From NCBI GenBank assembly GCA_964016885.1, contig OZ024765.1, positions 12,958,001 to 13,022,000 on the forward strand: DNA of 64,000 bases, given 5' to 3'. Below the pieces are notes generated by a model that worked only from the letters and a program-made list of their open reading frames with translations, did no database searches and had not been told where the DNA came from. This DNA comes from Eledone cirrhosa (Eukaryota). Below, piece by piece: positions 54,171 to 64,000 of the stretch. Both the position numbers and the translations under genes were made by a program. Positions within the stretch are counted from its first letter, which is position 1; each line of letters starts with the position of its first letter.

Positions 54171-55084
54171 ACATAAAGACAGAATAATTTCTGTGTTTTG
54201 TTAGAAACTGAGGAGTGTTTGTGCGTGAACTACACAATACACCCATCTGAAGTGAAGTTGTGTGGCTTAGTGGTTAAGGTGTTGTGCTTTGGTTCAGTTT
54301 GGTTACCGACAGCCTGTTGTGTCCTTGAGCAAGACACTTTATTTCACATTACTCCAGTCCACTCAGCTGGTAAAAAAATAGTTTGTGCCTATAATTCAAA
54401 GTCTCAGTCTTGTTACACGTCGGGTCATGCTGAATCTCCTTGAGAACTATATTAATGGTACACATGTCTGTGAGCTGTTCAGCCACTTACACTATAATTG
54501 TTTCTACTTTTGGCACAAGGCTAGCAATTACCCCAGTGTATTACTGGTGCTTTAGTTTATCGATCTTGTAAGGATGAAAAGCAAAGTTAACCTTGGCGGG
54601 ATTTTAACTCAGATCATAAAGGGCCGTAACTCTATGCTGCAAAGCATGGCATCCGAACTTCTACTGATTCTGCCAATCCACCACCCTATAATATAAGATA
54701 GACTGTGGCTGTAATTCAAAGGGCCAGCTTTGTCACACACTGTGCCATACTGAATCTCCCTGAGAACGATGCTAAGGGTGTACATGTCTGTGGAATACTC
54801 AACCATTTACCTTATAATACAAGATGGATGTACCTGTAATTCAAGGTGCCAACCTTGTCACACATTGTACCATGCCTCAGAACTATATCAAGCGTCCTGT
54901 TCATGTATGTGGATTGTACAGCTACAATCACTATGATACAGCTGGCAAAGAGAAAGGAGTTGTGCTTGTAATTTAAAGGTTTAGCCTGCAAACCACCATA
55001 TATAACACAAATGGTTATATATAGGCTCAGATCAAGTGTAAAATGTTACCCCCCCCCACCTCCTAAATCTGATAATAAATCCAG

Positions 55085-56510
55085 GCCAGATGTGAAATGT
55101 ATGTTTCTAAATCTAGCTATAGGCTCAAGCCAGATGTGAAATGTAGGTCTTTAATGCTAGCAATACGCTCAAGCCAGATGTGAAATCTTTGCCTCTAAAT
55201 CTAGCTATAGGCTCAAGACAGATGTGAAATATAGGTCTTCAATGCTAGCAATAGGACCAAGCCAGATGTGAAATGTAGGTCTTCAATGCTAGCAATAGGC
55301 CCAAGCCAGATGTGAAATGTAGGTCTTCAATGCTAGCAATGGGCCCAAGCCAGATGTGAAATGTAAGTCTTCAATGCTAGCAATAGGCCCAAGCCAGATG
55401 TGAAATGTAGGTCTTCAATGCTAGCAATAGGACCAAGCCAGATGTGAAATGTAAGTCTTCAATGCTAGCAATGGGCCCAAGCCAGATGTGAAATGTAAGT
55501 CTTCAATGCTAGCAATAGGCCCAAGCCAGATGTGAAATGTAGGTCTTCAATGCTAGCAATAGGACCAAGCCAGATGTGAAATGTAGGTCTTCAATGCTAG
55601 CAATAGGCCCAAGCCAGATGTGAAATGTAGGTCTTCAATGCTAGCAATGGGCCCAAGCCAGATGTGAAATGTAAGTCTTCAATGCTAGCAATAGGCCCAA
55701 GCCAGATGTGAAATGTAGGTCTTCAATGCTAGCAATAGGACCAAGCCAGATGTGAAATGTAAGTCTTCAATGCTAGCAATGGGCCCAAGCCAGATGTGAA
55801 ATGTAAGTCTTCAATGCTAGCAATAGGCCCAAGCCAGATGTGAAATGTAGGTCTTCAATGCTAGCAATAGGACCAAGCCAGATGTGAAATGTAAGTCTTC
55901 AATGCTAGCAATGGGCCCAAGCCAGATGTGAAATGTAAGTCTTCAATGCTAGCAATGGGCCCAAGCCTTATGTGAAATGTAGGTCTTCAATGCTAGCAAT
56001 AGGACCAAGCCAGATGTGAAATGTAAGTCTTCAATGCTAGCAATGGGCCCAAGCCAGATGTGAAATGTAAGTCTTCAATGCTAGCAATGGGCCCAAGCCA
56101 GATGTGAAATGTAAGTCTTCAATGCTAGCAATAGGCCCAAGCCAGATGTGAAATGTAGGTCTTCAATGCTAGCAATAGGACCAAGCCTTATGTGAAATGT
56201 AAGTCTTCAATGCTGGCAATGGGACCAAGCCAGATGTGAAATGTAAGTCTTCAATGCTGGCAATGGGCCCAAGCCTTATGTGAAATGTAAGTCTTCAATG
56301 CTAGCAATGGGCCCAAGCCAGATGTGAAATGTAAGTCTTCAATGCTAGCAATGGGCCCAAGCCTTATGTGAAATGTAGGTCTTCAATGCTAGCAATAGGA
56401 CCAAGCCTTATGTGAAATGTAAGTCTTCAATGCTAGCAATAGGACCAAGCCAGATGTGAAATGTAAGTCTTCAATGCTAGCAATGAGCCCAAGCCTTACG
56501 TGAAATGTAA
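55085..56510. repeat. 44-bp tandem satellite, about 32 copies
   Basis: Unit GCCAGATGTGAAATGTA(G/A)GTCTTCAATGCTAGCAAT(A/G)GG(C/A)CCAA. Confidence 0.95.
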
Positions 56511-56729
56511 TCACATACTCCATATCTGATTTCCATCCTAATACAAGAGTTGACCTGAAGCTATGTTAAATCACACTTGCCCAAGATATCTCACAGTGAG
56601 ATCTGACTTAGGAACCAATGGTTACAAAGCAAAGCACATGATGATGATGATGATGATCACACACACACACACACACACATATAGTGCACCCATTGTATGT
56701 ATTTGCAGCATGATTTATGCATGCTTTAT

Positions 56730-56934
56730 GGGTATATATATATATATATATATATATATGTTTGTATGTGTATGTATATATATATATGTATATATATATG
56801 TATATATATATGTATATATATATATATACATATGTATGTATACATATATATGTGTATAAATATGTATATATATATGTATATATATATATATACACATATG
56901 TATGTATACATATATATGTGTATATATATACATA

Positions 56935-57000
<66 letters not shown>

Positions 57001-57034
57001 TATGTATGTATACATATATATGTGTATATATATG

Positions 57035-57066
<32 letters not shown>

Positions 57067-57226
57067 TATGTATGTATACATATATGTATGTATACATATA
57101 TATGTGTATATATATACATATATATGTGTATATATATACATATATATGTGTATATATATATATATGTATATATATATGTATATATATATATGTATATATA
57201 CATATGTATGTATACATATATATGTG

Positions 57227-57260
<34 letters not shown>

Positions 57261-57465
57261 TGTATGTATATATATATATATACACATATGTATGTATACA
57301 TATATATGTATGTATATATATATATATATACACATGTGTATGTATACATATATATGTATGTATATATATATATATACACATATGTATGTATACATATATA
57401 TGTGTATATATATACATATATATGTGTGTATATATATATATATATAAATATATATGTATACATAC

Positions 57466-57496
<31 letters not shown>

Positions 57497-57857
57497 AATA
57501 TATATATATACACATATCATCTGTACATAGAGCATTCATACATGATGTAATTACAAGTAACGTAACAGAATAAGAGGATTAAAACTAGAAACGAGTACAC
57601 CCCCTCAAATTCATAAACCCGTGCGAAATAGCCTAGTTACCCCACCCCCTGGTCTGGCCTGGATATACCACAAAAGAAGTATATATATATGTATATATAT
57701 ATGTATATATATATATGTATATATGTATATATGTATGTATATGTGTATATATGTATATATATATATATATGTATATATGTATATATATGTATATGTATAT
57801 ATATATGTATATGTATATATGTATATATATGTATATATGTATATATATGTATATAAG

Positions 57858-57902
<45 letters not shown>

Positions 57903-58025
57903 ATATATATATGTATATATGTATATATATATATATATGTATATATAATGTATATATATGTATATATATATGTATATATATATATATGTATATATGTATA
58001 TATATATATATATGTATATATAATG

Positions 58026-58056
<31 letters not shown>

Positions 58057-58533
58057 GTATATATAATGTATATATATATATATGTGTATATATGTATATA
58101 TGTATATATATATATATATCTATATATAATGTATATATATATATATATATGTGTATATATATATATGTATATATATATGTATATATATATATGTATATAT
58201 ATATGTATATATATATGTGTATATATATATGTATATATATATGTATATATATATGTGTATATATATATGTATATATATATGTGTATATATATATGTATAT
58301 ATATATGTATATATATATATGTGTATATATATATGTATATATATATGTATATATATATGTATATATATATGTATATATATATGTATATGTATATGTATAT
58401 ATATATGTATATATATGTATATATGTATATATATATATATGTGTGTATATATATATTCATTGTATATATATATATATATATATTGTGTATATATATATAT
58501 ATATATGTGTATATATATATATATGTATATGTG

Positions 58534-58565
<32 letters not shown>

Positions 58566-58663
58566 TATATATATATATATGTATGTATATATATATATAT
58601 GTATATATGTATGTATATATATATATATATGTATGTATATATATATATATGTATATATGTATG

Positions 58664-58695
<32 letters not shown>
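56730..58695. repeat. Long (TA)n/(TATG)n low-complexity tracts (also 25620-27355, 50860-51865, 59842-60480)
   Basis: Direct sequence. Confidence 0.95.
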
Positions 58696-59839
58696 TCATC
58701 ATCATCATCATCATCATCACCGTTTTACGTCCGTTCTTCCACGCTAGCATGGGTTAGACGGGTTGTCCTGTTGTGGGCAGTGTCTGGTCGGCTGACCATG
58801 CCTTGCTCATACAGGAACTGATCTGGCTTGATTTCTACAGCTGGATGCCCTTCCTAACACCAACCTCATTTACAGTGAGTGCTGGGTGCTTTTTCGTGGC
58901 GCCTACACGTCCACTTCACAGTGTGGGCTGGGTGCTTTTTTGCCGTGGCACCTCCACGACCACCTTGCGGTGGGGGGGGGGGAGGGGCATATTGTTTATA
59001 TGCTTCAGCATGTACCCATGGGAGGTCGGGTACCCTGTATTACTGCGTGACGCCAGAAGTCACGGTCGTGTGTCATTGACTTTGAGAGGTGTAGTTGGGT
59101 AAGGTCGGCTTTTATCACCTCATCCCAAGTCATCTTGGGTCTCCCCACTCCGCGGTTTCCATCAACTTCTAGTGCTCTGCACCTTTTTATGCAGCTGTCA
59201 TCCTTCATACGCATCACATGTCCATACCAGCGTAACCGCCTCTCCTGCACGCAGCATTTGATTCCTCTTATGCTCAGTCTCTCTCTCAATTCATTTATGC
59301 TTTGTCGTTCACGTATATTACTGTTACACATCCATCGGAGCATGCAGGCTTCGTTTCTCTCTAATCTACGTAAGTCTTCCACCTTCAGAGCCCAGGTCTC
59401 ACTACCATGCAACATCGCTGTTCGGATACACGCATCATACAGTCTGCCTTTCATTCTGAGGGAGAAGCCTTTTGCAGCTAGCAGTGGTAGTAGTTCCCTA
59501 AACTTCTTCCATCCCGTTCTTACCCTAGTTATTGTACTTTCTGAGCACCCACCTCCGTTGCTAATTCGGTCACCTAGGTAGCAGAAGCTGTCTACTGTTT
59601 CTACAGGGCCCTCCCAGAGATTGGTGGTACTTGTTTCCTGTGGCTGTTTGCTTGCTGTTTCAGCACAGCTGCTGCATGTGAATCCTACATTCTTAATTAA
59701 GCTTCCTGAGATCCCGCTACATCTCTTGTGTACCCATTGTTTGCATTTGGGGCAAAGAATGGAGTTCCTACCTACACCTTTCCTACATACTGAGCAAGGC
59801 CATTTCCCTGAGGGGATCTGGGTTCTGTTTTCTCGTCTA

Positions 59840-59840
<1 letters not shown>
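58696..59840 (-). mobile_element. 5'-truncated RTE-clade LINE, diverged relative of 32545-33725
   Basis: Minus strand [30 protein letters not shown]...FCYLGD...MLHGSETW...RRLRWYGHVMR...GRPKMTW, then 3' UTR and (GAT)n tail. Confidence 0.9.
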
Positions 59841-59893
<53 letters not shown>

Positions 59894-59901
59894 CTCGTCT
59901 A

Positions 59902-59940
<39 letters not shown>

Positions 59941-59960
59941 ATATATATATATATATGTAT

Positions 59961-60001
<41 letters not shown>

Positions 60002-60259
60002 TATATGTATGTATATATGTATGTATATATGTATGTATATATGTATGTATATATATATGTATATATGTATGTATATATATATATGTATATATATATGTAT
60101 ATATATATGTATATATATATGTATATATATATATATGTATGTATATGTATATATGTATGTATATATGTATATATGTATGTATATATGTGTATATATATAT
60201 ATATGTATATATGTATGTATATATATATGTATGTATGTATATATATATATGTATATATG

Positions 60260-60296
<37 letters not shown>

Positions 60297-60326
60297 GTAT
60301 GTATATATATATATATATATATCCAC

Positions 60327-60358
<32 letters not shown>

Positions 60359-60376
60359 ATATATATATATATATAT

Positions 60377-60443
<67 letters not shown>

Positions 60444-60866
60444 TGTATGTATATATACATACATGTATGTGTGTGTATATAATTTGTGTCCCATGCCTGT
60501 TATATTGTGTCTAATGAAAATGTGTGGGTATAAACCGGATACTAAGATTTAAAATAATAATAAAAATAATGACAATAATTTGGATAATATTTTAAGTAAA
60601 CATGAGAAATGTGCTTGCTGTACATTATCATTGTAAATATCACTACTGTATATAGTGTCTCCCTTTCTCCTTTGCCTCCTTACTCCTGGGTGGATCATGG
60701 GGTCAAGGTCTTCAGTCACACCTTCCAACTGACCGTATCATCATCATCATCATCATCATCATCGTTTAACGTCTATCTTCCATGCTAACATGGGTTTAGA
60801 CGGGAATTGTCCCACTTGAGGCAAGATTGGTTGGGTCACCGTGTCTCGCTCGTATAGCACTGTATA

Positions 60867-60897
<31 letters not shown>

Positions 60898-60954
60898 TTC
60901 GTTTCTGAATTTGTTTAGCAAGATTCTTTATCTGAAATCGTGTGTTGAAACCAA

Positions 60955-61386
60955 TATTGTTATACTTTGGGAGGGTCATGTTGCCAATAAGAAACACACG
61001 CACCAGTTGCTTTCACTTCAATTTAATTTATTATATATTTATAAATTTACAAATTTATAAATTTCTGGTTGGTTGGTTGGTTCCACAACCAGATAGTTGT
61101 TTATATATATATAGTCATAGTTCTTTCGTCACACACTCTGTGACCTCATCAGTGACTGGGGATTTCTTTCTTCGTTTCTGTGCCTTTCCTTTCCACTGAT
61201 GAGGTCACAGAGTGTGTGACGAAAGAACTATGACTATATATATATAAACAACTATCTGGTTGTGGAACCAACCAACCAACCAGAAATTTATAAATTTGTA
61301 AATTTATAAATATATAATAAATTAAATTGAAGTGAAAGCAACTGGTGCGTGTGTTTCTTATTGGCAACATGACCCTCCCAAAGTAT

Positions 61387-61393
<7 letters not shown>
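60955..61393. repeat. About 200-bp-arm inverted repeat with a 40-bp spacer
   Basis: 60955-61154 is the reverse complement of 61194-61393. The right end abuts (TA)n. Confidence 0.95.
61113..61157 (-). ncRNA. Minimal type I hammerhead ribozyme
   Basis: Minus strand AGTCA CTGATGA G GTCACA GAGTG TGTGAC GAAA GAAC TA TGACT. The mirror copy at 61194-61235 lacks most of the 5' strand of stem I. Confidence 0.75.
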
Positions 61394-61430
<37 letters not shown>

Positions 61431-61555
61431 CGAAGGAAATGTGGTAAGGAACCAGGTGGACCATAACGCACCAAAGTACTCAATACTTGGGGTAGTAGAG
61501 TGGGTAAAGTAATTAAGTCAAATATTTAAGATTTGGCTTCGTTTATTAAAGATGT

Positions 61556-61610
61556 ACTGCTATATATATTTCGGTGACAGCCATCATTGGCTGTGACCTC
61601 TTCAGGCAGT
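61556..61610 (-). ncRNA. Type I hammerhead ribozyme, intact
   Basis: Minus strand ACTGC CTGAAGA GGT C ACAGCCA ATGA TGGCTGT C ACC GAAA TATATATA GCAGT. Confidence 0.9.
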
Positions 61611-61719
61611 TCGAATTGGTGTGGTAGAGACAGGTACACATGTTAAAGTGTTTTACTCCGTCAATACTCCGATATGTCCAGCTCCTGGTTGGGTTGTAAT
61701 TTCTCTGAGGAACTGGAAT

Positions 61720-61751
<32 letters not shown>

Positions 61752-61754
<3 letters not shown>

Positions 61755-62345
61755 TCAACATCGTTTAACGTCTATCTTCCACACTAGCATGGGTTTAGAT
61801 GGGAATTGTCCCACGCGAGGCAAGATTGGTCGTCTCGTTCGTATAGGACTGTCTGGCAGGTTTTCTATGGCTGGATGCCTTTCCTTACACCAACCACGTT
61901 TACAGTGTGGACTGGGAGGTTTTTACCATGTTACCTACACGGCCACATTACATTACAGTGTGGACCGTGTGTTTTTTGTTGTGACACCTACACGACCTAA
62001 TTTATTTAGGACTGGATGTTGTGGTACCAACATAACTTTACAGAGAAAGGGGTGGTGTTGATGGGGGTGGGGGTGGAGGAGTTTGGGTAGTGGGATGGCG
62101 GGTGTATATTTGATTAAGAGGTGCCTACTGACTGTAGGTTTCGTTTTGTACTTAGGCAAGGCGGGTTTTCTGTATTACTGTGTAACGCCAAAGATCTCGG
62201 TCCAGCGACATTGTCTTAGAGAGGTGTAAGTGTGTAAGGTCGGAATTTATCAAATCGTCCCAGGTTTTTCTGGGTCTGCCTACTCCGTAAATACCATCAA
62301 TTTTGATTGCCCTGCACTTTTTTTATGCAGCTGTCATCTTTCATA
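61752..62345 (-). mobile_element. RTE 3' fragment (ORF end and 3' UTR)
   Basis: Reverse complement of 33160-33720. Another short copy at 40625-41155 (+). Confidence 0.8.
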
Positions 62346-63095
62346 TGTCTGTAGTATACATTCCTACCACATGTCTATAGTATCTGAGCTGTGATCTTTC
62401 AATGCAGAGAAGTAGCTTCTCTGATCTCTAAGCTACACACTCTATCGAGTAACAATACTACAAAGACACTTCAGAGGTACCACATTTCAGCCACGTGTAT
62501 TTTTGATCATCCTGTTTAGGCATTCTAACCACGTGTCTGTAGTATCTGAGCTGTGATCTTTCTATGCAGAGAAATAGTGGCTCAACTTGGAGTGACTCTC
62601 TGAGCTACACACTCTGTCGTGTAATAATTGTTTCTACTTTTAGCACAAGGCCAGCAATTATCTCAGTGCATTACTTGTGCTTTATTTATTGACCCTGTAA
62701 GGATGAAAGGCAAAGTTAACCTCAGTGGGATTTGAACTCAGACTGTAAAGGGCTGTAACTCTATGCTGCAAAGCATGGTGTCCGACTCTTCAATGATACT
62801 GCCAAAAACCCTTCAGAGAAACCTCATTTCAACCATGTGTAATTGTGATCATCCTGCAATTCTTTCCTTTGACATACTAACCCCATGTTTGTAATATCTG
62901 AGCTGTAATCTCTTGATTCTGAGAAGTAGTGACTCAACTTGGAGTGACTCTCTGATCTCTGTCAAGTAACAATACTCCAAAGACCTTTTGGAAGAACCTC
63001 ATTTCAACCATGTGTAATTGTGATCATGCTGCAATTCTTTCCTTTGACATACTAACCACATGTTTGTAGTATTGTAGCTGTGATCTCTCAATAGG
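62345..63095. repeat. Degenerate tandem repeat (about 4 units) interrupted by a family A SINE
   Basis: Recurring AACCACATGTCTGTAGTATCTGAGCTGTGATCT...GAGAAGTAG. Confidence 0.7.
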
Positions 63096-63910
63096 AAGTA
63101 CAGGCTCTGTCAATGAACGGAAAGGAACCACTGTTGAATACGATACTCAGTACATTAGTAGAGATGTTGATTTGAGAGAAATGAAAACAGTTCTTGTCCT
63201 GCTGAAGTCATTTCAATATGGAATACATACATATGTACATATATACATACATATATACATACATACATACATATGGACATACATACGTACATACATACAT
63301 ATGGACATACATATGTACATGATGGCTGCCCCCTCGTTATTGAGTATGGCCATTGCATGATATACCATTATTAATAATTATGAATTAATTCCATCATGCA
63401 ATGCCTGTGCGTGATGATATTTTTTTAAAGTGAGGAAAGACTGTGCACTGAGCCAATCCCACTCTCTGAGAGACAGTAGCTATACCTCAAAAAGAAGAAG
63501 AGATCAACATCATCGGTAACTACTGAGCCGCAGGTTTTATATTGGAGTTATCCCAGTTTCCTGAGTTGCCTTCTCCTAGAAGAATGCCCTAAGAAAGGCT
63601 AGGGGTCCTTCACTCCCAGTGGTTTAACCGCGCAGTACATGTGTATATACATATTTACACACTTTCGGATGGCCGTTGACTCTTATGAGTTCTTCCGCCC
63701 TGTGTGTCGGGTCACTCTTGAGTGCTACTGGTAACATGTAACCCAGTACAACCTGTCGCATGGTCGGGTCGTTGGCGACTAAACCGGCAACCCCACCAAG
63801 TTTACTTGGTGAGGAGGGTAACTTTGGACACCCTGCAGGACAAAAAACAAAACCTGACACATATGTACATACGGACATACATACTACATACATATATATA
63901 TATATACACA

Positions 63911-63946
<36 letters not shown>

Positions 63947-64000
63947 CATACATACATATATACATATGTACATACATATATATATACACATATATATATA

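Noticed and set aside
56608-60552. Numerous YI/YM/HT-rich ORFs here and elsewhere
   Set aside because: (TA)n and (TATG)n translation artefacts.

Overview
Repeat-saturated, AT-rich eukaryotic DNA, intronic or intergenic in character. The SINE/LINE repertoire and the (TA)n, (TACA)n and (TATC)n density resemble octopod cephalopod genomes; this is an inference, not a database match. Almost every long ORF in the track is a microsatellite artefact. The real protein-coding signal is limited to three things: a truncated GH27 alpha-N-acetylgalactosaminidase/alpha-galactosidase exon present in three tandem copies inside a SINE (53402-53902), a broken R4/Dong-like RT-REL retrotransposon (27357-28936), and RTE, Tx1 and mariner fragments. 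The most notable unannotated signal is a set of about 11 recognisable (plus several partial) type I hammerhead ribozyme motifs in short non-coding elements that sit in (TA)n and are often folded back on themselves. These motifs show stem II covariation around a conserved C-C mismatch, share a downstream ACTC-T...ATT-GAGT hairpin across otherwise different families, and include one 303-nt tandem arrangement resembling a retrozyme. All coordinates were read by eye and may be off by a few bases.
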